Assembly: GCA_963662665.2 (NCBI GenBank)
Contig: CAXXJS010000044.1
Span: 1-30,092, forward strand
Reading direction: 5' to 3'
DNA: 30,092 nucleotides
Source: Candidatus Latescibacterota bacterium
GTDB lineage: Bacteria > Latescibacterota > UBA2968 > GCA-2709665
Below, piece after piece: positions 8,116-16,052 of this stretch. The notes beneath the pieces are model-generated. The model had not been told where the DNA came from. It did no database searches and worked only from the letters and a program-made list of their open reading frames with translations. Numbering within the stretch: the first letter of the stretch is position 1; every line of letters starts with the position of its first letter. A program made the position numbers and the translations under genes.

Positions 8116-9870
8116 CTACGGTTCTTCGATGCGGTGGTAGACGTTCAACGCCAGGTTTTCCATTGTCCTGCGCCGGCCCGACGGCCACGTCACAACCACC
8201 TTCTCCAGCGACGGATCGGCGCCCATTCCGAAATGCAGCCGCCTCTGGTTCTGCGACGAGAAGCCGCTGCCTCCCGACACTTCCTGCATCTGCTCCTGTC
8301 CATTCCAGAAAAGCCTCACCTGCGCGCCGATCGCGCTACGATTGCTCTTCCCGCCTACCAGTTCGAACCCGATCCAATGTCTGTCCGGAGCCACCGTGTT
8401 TCTGTATACCAGAAGCGGCCCGCGCTGGTTGGCCACAACAACGTCCAGCACCCCGCGGTTCCACAGGTCCACAAGAGCAACCGCGCGACCGTCGAACCGA
8501 TCGCTTACGCCGACCTCGCGAGCCGCGTCCTCAAACCGGCCCATCCCGTCGTTGACCCACACACGCGCGCGCTGATAGCCGGCGAGGCTGCGTCCCTTCA
8601 TCGCGGGCCAGTTCTTCGCGTCCGAAATAATCGCCCTGTGTCCACCGGCAACCTGCGAGAAATCGTACCAGTAGCTCTCCAATTTCGAGGCGGACACATA
8701 CCCGTTTGTCAGGTACAGATCCAGCCGTCCGTCATTGTTGAGATCTCCGAACTGCGCGCCGAAGCTCCATTCGCCCAGTTCCACGCCCATCACTTGCGCC
8801 AGGTTTTCGAACGCCAGGTCTTCGCCAGGCCGGGCGACCCAGAGGTTGTTCCCCTGAAGCAGAATACCTGCCTCCGAAATATTGGTCTCGTAAATCGCCA
8901 GGCGACCCTGATTCAACACGTCGCCGAATACCGCGTTCATTCCGCTTTTAGGCTGGTATCCGACGCCCGCCTCGCGACCGATTTCTTTAAACTCCACGCC
9001 GCCCTGGTTCCTGTAGAGTTCCGATACACCATAGTCATTGGCCAGGAAAATATCCGGATAACCGGAACCGTTCAGATCCGCCGCCGCCACGGCAAGGGTC
9101 CAGCGCCGGCTTCGAATGCCGAGCCGTTCGGCCACGTCCTCGAACCGCCCGCCTCCCATGTTGCGCAACAGGTACTTCCGACCGCCGTTTTCGGCGTATT
9201 CGAAACTCTCCGGCATCATGCGGGTAGATTCCAGGCGCCACAGATCCAGCGCATCCGGCCAGTAACCCGCCACAAACAGGTCCAATCGCCCGTCGCAATC
9301 GTAATCCAGCCATATCGCGCTCCCCGCGTTGATCCAATGGGGCAGCCCCGCCTCTTCACTCATCCGGGTGAACCTCTGACCGTCCTCGTTGCGAAACAAC
9401 TCCGGCCGACCCCATTTATACACGAAAAGATCTTCGAAGCCGTCGTCGTCGTAGTCCCCCCATACCGCACCCACGGAGACCCCGGTCCCGGGACGATTCA
9501 GATTCGCAACGCCCACCTGCCCGGCCACGTCTTCGAACTGCCCGTTTCCGAGATTGCGGTACAGCCGGTTCGCGGAACCCTCCGCGCTGTTCGTCACGTA
9601 AAGATCCTGCCAGCCGTCTCTGTCGAAATCCGCCACCGATACCGCCGCGCCCATCGCGGCGACGTGCGGCATAATATGGTTCAACTTCGCATCGAACGTT
9701 GGGCCGCCGTGCACGAAATCGATCCCGCTTGAACTGGCAACTTCCTCCAGCGCAAAGCCGTAGTGCGCCACTTTGCTTCCCTGTGTCGGCCACAGACCGT
9801 AGTTGCGGACGACGGGAACCGTCAGAAGCAACACAAAGATGGCGAGCAGAATGACAGTTCGACGTGGCAT
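8116..9870 (-). CDS. CRTAC1-family protein (FG-GAP beta-propeller plus C-terminal ASPIC/UnbV domain), exported or membrane-anchored
   Basis: Seven DxDxDG-type loops (DFDRDG, DYDDDG, DYDCDG, DLNGSG, DVLNQG, DLNNDG, DLWNRG) and SNRSAIGAQV...GGSGFSSQNQRRLHFGMG...WPSG. Start moved to ATG 9870 (MPRRTVILLAIFVLLL) to avoid overlap with the upstream gene. Confidence 0.92.
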   Translation of the reverse strand: MPRRTVILLAIFVLLLTVPVVRNYGLWPTQGSKVAHYGFALEEVASSSGIDFVHGGPTFDAKLNHIMPHVAAMGAAVSVADFDRDGWQDLYVTNSAEGSANRLYRNLGNGQFEDVAGQVGVANLNRPGTGVSVGAVWGDYDDDGFEDLFVYKWGRPELFRNEDGQRFTRMSEEAGLPHWINAGSAIWLDYDCDGRLDLFVAGYWPDALDLWRLESTRMMPESFEYAENGGRKYLLRNMGGGRFEDVAERLGIRSRRWTLAVAAADLNGSGYPDIFLANDYGVSELYRNQGGVEFKEIGREAGVGYQPKSGMNAVFGDVLNQGRLAIYETNISEAGILLQGNNLWVARPGEDLAFENLAQVMGVELGEWSFGAQFGDLNNDGRLDLYLTNGYVSASKLESYWYDFSQVAGGHRAIISDAKNWPAMKGRSLAGYQRARVWVNDGMGRFEDAAREVGVSDRFDGRAVALVDLWNRGVLDVVVANQRGPLLVYRNTVAPDRHWIGFELVGGKSNRSAIGAQVRLFWNGQEQMQEVSGGSGFSSQNQRRLHFGMGADPSLEKVVVTWPSGRRRTMENLALNVYHRIEEP

Positions 9871-9884
9871 GTTACACTCGATGC

Positions 9885-12800
9885 CTATCTTCCGGCATGC
9901 ATTCCGGAAATCTCCGGCGTGACGTACCGGGTGTGGAATTTCTGCCAATCTGCAGGATGCCGGCGGTAGACGGGGTCATCCTCGAGGGGACCAGGCGGCG
10001 TTTCGTACGACGACCAGGCGTGCGACGGCAGGGGGAGTACGGTATCGGAGAACGCCGTATTGTAATCTCCGTCCTTAACCCAGCCGTCACCCATCAGCAC
10101 GAAGTCCCGCACCCAGCCGTCCGGCGGGGGTCCGGGATCGGGGAATCTCAATACAAGCTCATCCCCGGCGTTCATGATTACGTACCGGTCGTCTACGCAC
10201 GCAAGCAGGGGACGCACGTCACCGAAACGGGTGTGATATCCCCTCAGGTCCCACCACCGGGGCGCGGTGTTCACGGGCCCGGAATACCGTGGGACGTCGG
10301 GAGAGCGCCGATCCGGATGCGAGACCTCCGAGAATCCGCGGCCCCTCAACGCCGCGGTCCGAATTCCAACGCGTCGGGTCCGCAACTGTGCGCCGTCGGC
10401 GCGTTCCGCCCACGCCAGCCAGTCCCAGTAGATCTCCAGGTTTGTCCGAAGGCGCACGCGGCTGGACTTCACACCCGCCAGATCGACCGCAATTGTCTTG
10501 AATTTGCCCGCGGGAAATCCCAGGTCCGCTTCCAGGGTTTCCCAGGTGCCGTCACTTCGCATCGCTTCCAGTCGCAGACCCCGGGGTCTTACGTCCGCGC
10601 CATGCCCCATTGCAACGTTGATAGAACTGTCTGTCGGATAGATCCATCCGTGACCGATCAGCCACCCTCCGCCGTTTTCCACGGCTTGCGGCAGATCGAC
10701 TTCAACCCAGTGATCGGCAGCCACGCCCTGGTATCGTCCCACCTCGAACGTATCGAGATAGCGCGCGTCTCTTGCGTTCACCATTGCCGTCACATCCCGC
10801 CCGGCTTCATCCCGGGCGGCACGGAAAGCCACAGGTTTACCAGTGGAAATCACCCTCAGTTCCGGCTGCCGCTTCGCAAACCGTTCGTCCACAAACACCG
10901 CCACGTCCGCCGGATGGTCCACGACCATCAGCTCAACCCAATCCATGAATTGGGTCTCCCACAATTCGGAGGTGATGCGGATTTCATAGAATCCATCCTG
11001 AGAGGCCAGTTCATCTCCCCGGATCAGGATCCAGTCCTCCGTCTGAGACACCCCCGCCGTTACCTGCGCATTGATCCGCATCCCCAGCGGGGAGCGCCAC
11101 AAGAAGTCCTTAACAAAGGCCATTTCTTCGCCGTTGAACGCGAACACCCAGGGGCAGGACCCCTTCAGGCGCTGTTGGGCAAGAATCGTCTGATCGGCCG
11201 CCACGTCGAACTCGGCCTGTATGGTACCGTTCGGCCACTGTACCCGTACAACGTCCGCCAGGTCGTATTCGCCCAGACCGAAGTGAACCACGGGGTTCCG
11301 GATCGCCCGTCGCTGGGCCAGAAGACCGGACCGCAACAACACCTCCCCGCCCAGCGCGTATGAGTTGATCCTCCCGTCCCCCCGGACCGCACGCACCCGC
11401 GGCCGAACGATCTGCCAGTGGTAGGCGCGTTTTCCCCGGTTCACCAGCACCTGCGGGCGGCCTTCTTCAGTGAGTCCAAGCAGATCCTGGCGGCCGTCTC
11501 CCGTCAGGTCCGAGACGTCGAAGACCCGAACCCCGTCCGGCAAGGGGTTATATCGCCAGGCGCCCTCAGTATCTCCGAGCCAATACCCGCCTCCGTCGCC
11601 GCCGCTTAGAACAAGGTCCAGTTGCCCGTTATTGTCGAGGTCGGCCAGAAACAGACGCACGGGCGCTTCGAAAGTCTTCGTGCTGAACAGTTCACTGACT
11701 TCCCAGACACCGTTGCCGCGCGAAATCGACGAAACCCCCCCGAGTCTGCCCAGAATCAACAGGTTGAGGCTGCCGTCGCCGTCCACGTCCCCGGAAACAA
11801 GTGCATTTGCCTCGTGCTGACCCTCGTACGACCGCTTGAACGACCCGCTACGCTTGTTGAGAAAGACAAACGGCCGGCGCCGGTTGTCAATCAGCGCCGC
11901 ATCGGGAACCCCATCGTCGTCGAGATCCGCCCACTCGAAAGCCTGCATACCCGCCACGCCCTCGAAGGGCCTGACGACGACAAACGTACCGTCGCCGTTG
12001 TTGCGCAAGACCAGGCATTTTTCCGGACCTCCGAGTACCAGATCCAGATCTCCATCCATTTCAATGTCTGCGGGCCACGCGCCCGTATAGGCTGCCGCGG
12101 TCACGCCGGCGTCGAGCCCGGCACTGCCGGTCACGTCCAGCAGCGCGCCGCCGTCGACCCGCCGGTACAGACGAACGCCACCGGCTCCCGCCACAACCAG
12201 GTCCATTCCGAAATCATTGTTCCAGTCCAGCGACAGCAGACCACGCCCGCCGGCGTCTCCGGATGCGGGCGTGGGCACGGTCCGTCCCGACGAATCCAGC
12301 CAATGCACGAATCCATCCGCAGCCATCAGCACGACCGGCGTGTCCGCCCAGGCAATGCCGAGCAGCGATCCGCCCGGGGATTTGACAAGCCGCTCCGGGA
12401 CAAACGTGATGGACGTATCCGCGGGCGCCGGGTTCGCGGACGGACCGGGCATTTTCACGAACCGCCGCAGCGGTTCGCCCACGGATTGCGCAGGCAGACG
12501 CACCCGGCTCAGTTCCCCGCGGAAGACCGGCGTTCGCAGCAGCGCGTTATGCAGGAATGCCGCGTGCCTTGCTGCGAGCCTGAAGTCCGTTTCCGCATTT
12601 GCCAGCGCCTGCAACTGAGCCCTCGCCGCTTCCGGCCACCCGCCGGTCAGTTGAGCCACGCGCGCGACATACTCCTTCAGCCCATCCGCGTCGTGCTCCT
12701 TTGCCGCCAGCCTGATCCGTTCGAGCAGGAGCGCCTGGTTCGTCGGCACCTCACCTAGCAGTCCCTCCACCACGGCAAGCGCACCCCCCGTATCTCCTTT

Positions 12801-13241
12801 CCGCTCCAGTTCACGCGCCAGCGCGTAGCCAGCCTTGAGGCGCCCGGAGCCGGCCAGACTCACTGCCCGGCGAAGGTGAAAAACCGCTTCATCCGCGCGG
12901 CCGCGCCGGCTCTCGAATGTCCCCAGCAGGAGCGCGAGTTCCGCGTTCTCCGGCGCGAGTCCCTGTGCGCGCTCCATCGATCTGATCGCCTGTTCCTCCC
13001 TGCCCAGCGAAAACTGCAGCAGGCCCAGGTTCGCCCACCCCGCGGGCTCGCCGGGGATGTTTCGGGTCATCCGGGTCAGCGCGGCGGCGGCCCGGTCGTG
13101 GGCGCCAACGTCGAGGGCCGCAAGGCCGACGTAGAAGTCCGAAACCGCCTGCCGGTATGCCTCGCTTCCGGGCCTTGGGAAGTCGGTTTCACATCCGGTG
13201 GACACGCCGAAGAGTACAAGCGCGATGCAGAAATATCTCAT
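9885..13241 (-). CDS. Probable lipoprotein: TPR repeats + FG-GAP repeats + ASPIC/UnbV + uncharacterised C-terminal domain
   Basis: Start ATG 13241, MRYFCIALVLFGVSTGC (lipobox-like); TPR segment EPAGWANLGLLQFSLG; six DxDxDG loops; VHFGLG...VRVQWPNG; then KGSCPWVF and GWVKDGDYNT. Confidence 0.88.
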   Translation of the reverse strand: MRYFCIALVLFGVSTGCETDFPRPGSEAYRQAVSDFYVGLAALDVGAHDRAAAALTRMTRNIPGEPAGWANLGLLQFSLGREEQAIRSMERAQGLAPENAELALLLGTFESRRGRADEAVFHLRRAVSLAGSGRLKAGYALARELERKGDTGGALAVVEGLLGEVPTNQALLLERIRLAAKEHDADGLKEYVARVAQLTGGWPEAARAQLQALANAETDFRLAARHAAFLHNALLRTPVFRGELSRVRLPAQSVGEPLRRFVKMPGPSANPAPADTSITFVPERLVKSPGGSLLGIAWADTPVVLMAADGFVHWLDSSGRTVPTPASGDAGGRGLLSLDWNNDFGMDLVVAGAGGVRLYRRVDGGALLDVTGSAGLDAGVTAAAYTGAWPADIEMDGDLDLVLGGPEKCLVLRNNGDGTFVVVRPFEGVAGMQAFEWADLDDDGVPDAALIDNRRRPFVFLNKRSGSFKRSYEGQHEANALVSGDVDGDGSLNLLILGRLGGVSSISRGNGVWEVSELFSTKTFEAPVRLFLADLDNNGQLDLVLSGGDGGGYWLGDTEGAWRYNPLPDGVRVFDVSDLTGDGRQDLLGLTEEGRPQVLVNRGKRAYHWQIVRPRVRAVRGDGRINSYALGGEVLLRSGLLAQRRAIRNPVVHFGLGEYDLADVVRVQWPNGTIQAEFDVAADQTILAQQRLKGSCPWVFAFNGEEMAFVKDFLWRSPLGMRINAQVTAGVSQTEDWILIRGDELASQDGFYEIRITSELWETQFMDWVELMVVDHPADVAVFVDERFAKRQPELRVISTGKPVAFRAARDEAGRDVTAMVNARDARYLDTFEVGRYQGVAADHWVEVDLPQAVENGGGWLIGHGWIYPTDSSINVAMGHGADVRPRGLRLEAMRSDGTWETLEADLGFPAGKFKTIAVDLAGVKSSRVRLRTNLEIYWDWLAWAERADGAQLRTRRVGIRTAALRGRGFSEVSHPDRRSPDVPRYSGPVNTAPRWWDLRGYHTRFGDVRPLLACVDDRYVIMNAGDELVLRFPDPGPPPDGWVRDFVLMGDGWVKDGDYNTAFSDTVLPLPSHAWSSYETPPGPLEDDPVYRRHPADWQKFHTRYVTPEISGMHAGR

Positions 13242-13367
13242 GGTCGGATGCACCCGAACGGGACGAAAATCGCCACCTAAAATCAGAAACGCGGAACCGT
13301 AGCATGACGGCGCCGCTCCTGAACACGCCTGGACAAACAATATGGAAAAATGAAACGAGCCGCGCCG

Positions 13368-13826
13368 CTACTGGTCGGCAGTATTGAAGAGACAACGATC
13401 CAGCGATAGCGGCATATTGCGCACAAACATCAGTACCAGTGAACACGCGATCAGCAGCAGGTCCTGCACGAGCGCCGCATTGAGCGAGCCGCGCGTACCG
13501 TCCAACCCGAAGCAGCCACAGTCGAGATTCGCGCCACGGTAGACGTTGACTGCAATGGCGACGCCGAACGACGAGAGCAGCGCAAGGGCGGCAAGCGCGC
13601 CGCTGCGGGTCCAGAAACCCGCCAGCAGGCACGCGCCGGCGACGATTTCCATCCAGGGCACGACCACGGCAAACACGTTTATAAGCGCCACGGGAAGTAC
13701 GTTGTAAGCCCGCACCGTCACTGCAAACAGTGCCGGCTCCGACACCTTGGCCAGACCGGCCCAGACCAACACCCCGCCCACGGCCAGCCGCAGAACGATC
13801 GGGACGCCATACCGGGCCCAACTCAT
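13368..13826 (-). CDS. MauE/DoxX family membrane protein
   Basis: RLAVGGVLVWAGLAK, VPWMEIVAG and RGANLDCGCFG motifs. ATG 13826 overlaps the upstream stop (ATGA). Confidence 0.9.
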   Translation of the reverse strand: MSWARYGVPIVLRLAVGGVLVWAGLAKVSEPALFAVTVRAYNVLPVALINVFAVVVPWMEIVAGACLLAGFWTRSGALAALALLSSFGVAIAVNVYRGANLDCGCFGLDGTRGSLNAALVQDLLLIACSLVLMFVRNMPLSLDRCLFNTADQ

Positions 13827-14323
13827 GGTTGCGCCCCTTTCGCTACCGGATATCCCGCGCCGGCCCATGCCCCCCATCCATCGAAGAACGCCTGCACGTG
13901 CGTAAACCCGAAGCCGTTCGTCAGGAGGTGCGCCAGCCTGACGCTGGCCTGGCACCTGGCGCCGCCGCAGTAGGTGATGATATGCGTGTCCCGGGAAACG
14001 CCTTCAAGCCTCTTCCGGCCCTTCTGGTTCAGTTCGTGAGGCGTGAGGTTCAGCGAACCCGGAATGTGTCCCGCCGCATAAGCGCGGGGCATGCGCGCGT
14101 CCAGGAACAACGCGGATCCGGAGTCGAAAGCCGCCTTGGCGTCCGCGAGGCTTGCCCGGATACCCTCGAGGTACAGGCTCCAGTTCACATGTTCGGCCTG
14201 CGTCACGTTTCTGGGGGTCTGAAGAGGTATGCCGGAAGCGGACAGGGCGTTGTAAACCAGGCCCGCGCCGGATCCAGCCAGCAAAATTACGACAGCCTTC
14301 AATACAAGCCGGAATCGAACCAT
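13823..14323 (-). CDS. Membrane-anchored rhodanese-like domain protein
   Basis: FLDAR, GHIPGSLN, ITYCGGARC and FDGWGAW..AGYP motifs; N-terminal TM segment ending YNAL; GGGAGG RBS. Confidence 0.9.
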   Translation of the reverse strand: MVRFRLVLKAVVILLAGSGAGLVYNALSASGIPLQTPRNVTQAEHVNWSLYLEGIRASLADAKAAFDSGSALFLDARMPRAYAAGHIPGSLNLTPHELNQKGRKRLEGVSRDTHIITYCGGARCQASVRLAHLLTNGFGFTHVQAFFDGWGAWAGAGYPVAKGAQP

Positions 14324-14358
14324 CAGAACGGCCTCCCGTGGATGAATCGTACGGTCTA

Positions 14359-14387
14359 TATATAACGTACACCGGTACGGCTGTCAA
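14359..14387 (-). promoter_or_regulatory. Candidate sigma70 promoter for the rhodanese-mauE genes
   Basis: Minus-strand TTGACA (14387-14382), 17-bp spacer, TATATA (14364-14359). Confidence 0.5.
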
Positions 14388-14410
14388 GCCTCGACGGGTC
14401 GCCTTCCGTT

Positions 14411-14439
14411 TTGACAATTCCCAAGGCATATGCTATTAT
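14411..14439 (+). promoter_or_regulatory. Near-consensus sigma70 promoter with extended -10
   Basis: TTGACA (14411-14416), 17-bp spacer, TATTAT (14434-14439) preceded by TG-C. Confidence 0.75.
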
Positions 14440-14466
14440 GCATTGTGCAACAAGGCAGCCATCGCA

Positions 14467-14576
14467 TTCCCGAAGTCCCGGTGAAGACGCCCCGTTTCCG
14501 GCGCAGTATGCCTTCCGGGTCTGACGGGGAGGCGCAAAATGGAAACGCGGCGCTTAATAAAGCACCCATACGGGGA
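14467..14576 (+). other. Long imperfect hairpin in the 5' leader of the aminotransferase gene (candidate cis-regulatory RNA)
   Basis: Nested pairings TTCCCG/CGGGGA, GGTG/CACC, AAG-CGCC-CGTTTCC/GGAAACG-GGCG-CTT and GCCTTCC/GGGAGGC. Confidence 0.45.
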
Positions 14577-14587
14577 GAACACAGGAT

Positions 14588-15877
14588 ATGTCAAAACCGG
14601 ACCTGGCGCTGGACGGCGGCCCCCGGACCGTAACCGAACCCCCGAATGACGGCTGGAAAACCGTCACGGGTCTGGAGAAACAATCCGTCATAAGCGTGCT
14701 GGAAGGCGGTTTGGGTAACTCCTACTCCCAGATTGACGGCTTTCAGGAAGAATTCCGCGCATTCACCGGATCAAGATTCGCCATTGCCACCTGTAACGGG
14801 ACGGCAGCCCTGCACTCAGCGGTCTTTGCCTCAGGCGCCCGGATCGGCAAGGAGGTCATCGTGCCCTCCGTCACGTGGCACGCCAGCATCACGCCCATTC
14901 TGCATTGCGGCGCAACGCCCGTATTCTGCGACGCGGACCCCGGCACCTTCTGTGCGGACCCGGATGACGCCGCTGGTCGAATCACGGAGAACACGTGCGC
15001 CATCATCGTTACCCACGTGTACGGTAACCCTGCGCATATGGACGCATTTCGGGATCTCGTCGACGGAACGGATATCACCCTGATCGAAGATGCATCGCAC
15101 GCCCACGGCGCGCTATGGAACGGCACGCCCGTCGGCTCTCTCGGTCACATCGGGTGCTTCAGCCTGCAAGGGAGCAAGCCGGTCACGGGGATCGAAGCGG
15201 GTGTGGTGGTGACCGACAACGGAGACCTTTACGACCGTATGCTGGCCCTCGGCCACTACGGCCGATGCGAGAAGCAGTTTGTCACCGAAAGGTTCCGGGA
15301 CCTCCGGAACATGGGCCTGGGCATCAAATACCGGGCGAATCCCCTGGGTGTTGCGATGGCGCGCGCGCAGCTTGAAAGATTGCCCGGACTGAACGAGAAA
15401 AGACGCGCCTGGTTCGGCCGCCTGAGCGACCAGTTGGAATCGATCAGAGGTATACATCCTCAGGCGACGTACCCGCAGGCGGTCCGGGGAGGGCTCCTTC
15501 TTTATACCGGCCTTATCGATCCGGACGAAATCGGCGCGCCTATTTCCGTCGTCCTGAAAGCACTCGTGGCGGAGGGCGTGGCGACCACGCCCGCGATCAC
15601 GCCATTCGGTTACGGTGCCATGCACCTGGAACCGCTCTTCAACGATTTCTCGTTCGACGGGCTGGGCGGGCCGTGGGGCGACCTTCCGCCTGACACGAGA
15701 ATCCACTGCAGCCGGGGCGATCTGCCGGTCAGCGAACGCATTCATGATTCAAGTTTCTGGCTGTCCACACCCGTTGACCCCAGCCCCGCGTGGGTGGACC
15801 AGGTTGCCGCGGCCTTTGCGAAAGTGGCGAATCACGGCGAACGCCTGGCACAGATCGCCGAGGGTCGCGCAGATTGA
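14588..15877 (+). CDS. DegT/DnrJ/EryC1/StrS family PLP-dependent aminotransferase
   Basis: NGTAALH, THVYGNPA, IEDASHAHGA and FSLQGSK (PLP lysine) motifs; EAGVVVT. Confidence 0.95.
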   Translation: MSKPDLALDGGPRTVTEPPNDGWKTVTGLEKQSVISVLEGGLGNSYSQIDGFQEEFRAFTGSRFAIATCNGTAALHSAVFASGARIGKEVIVPSVTWHASITPILHCGATPVFCDADPGTFCADPDDAAGRITENTCAIIVTHVYGNPAHMDAFRDLVDGTDITLIEDASHAHGALWNGTPVGSLGHIGCFSLQGSKPVTGIEAGVVVTDNGDLYDRMLALGHYGRCEKQFVTERFRDLRNMGLGIKYRANPLGVAMARAQLERLPGLNEKRRAWFGRLSDQLESIRGIHPQATYPQAVRGGLLLYTGLIDPDEIGAPISVVLKALVAEGVATTPAITPFGYGAMHLEPLFNDFSFDGLGGPWGDLPPDTRIHCSRGDLPVSERIHDSSFWLSTPVDPSPAWVDQVAAAFAKVANHGERLAQIAEGRAD

Positions 15878-16052
15878 TCCGGACATGTCCGGCCGACAGC
15901 CATCAGGCACTTCCACCAACAGGGAAATCGAGAGGAATTCATCCACTGCCGCGGACACCGTCCATCACGCGCGGCACGTCCTACCCCCGGAGCGCTTGAT
16001 CCCTTGCCATGCAAAATACACCCTTCGCCCCCCGTAATCCCACGATGGCGCT

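Noticed and set aside
8095-12758. Long plus-strand ORFs (545, 499 and 378 aa) opposite the UnbV genes
   Set aside because: Antisense shadows of GC-rich genes; no recognisable motifs, and they overlap well-supported CDSs almost entirely.
13368-13826. Methylamine dehydrogenase (mau) system, given the GmaS-like gene nearby
   Set aside because: No mauA, mauB, mauD or mauG; MauE-rhodanese pairs occur independently of methylamine oxidation.
13242-13955. Longer starts for the TPR protein (13340) and MauE (13955)
   Set aside because: The downstream ATGs give a lipoprotein signal and an ATGA coupling; the longer MauE would overlap the rhodanese.
14467-14576. SRP RNA, 6S RNA or a known riboswitch
   Set aside because: No SRP CAGG..GGAA..AGCAG core, too short for typical 6S, and no TPP, SAM, cobalamin, glycine or c-di-GMP consensus recognised. 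Kept only as an unassigned structure.
8116-15877. Enediyne or other secondary-metabolite cluster (UnbV plus DegT)
   Set aside because: No PKS, thioesterase, NRPS or glycosyltransferase in the window; both families are widespread outside such clusters.
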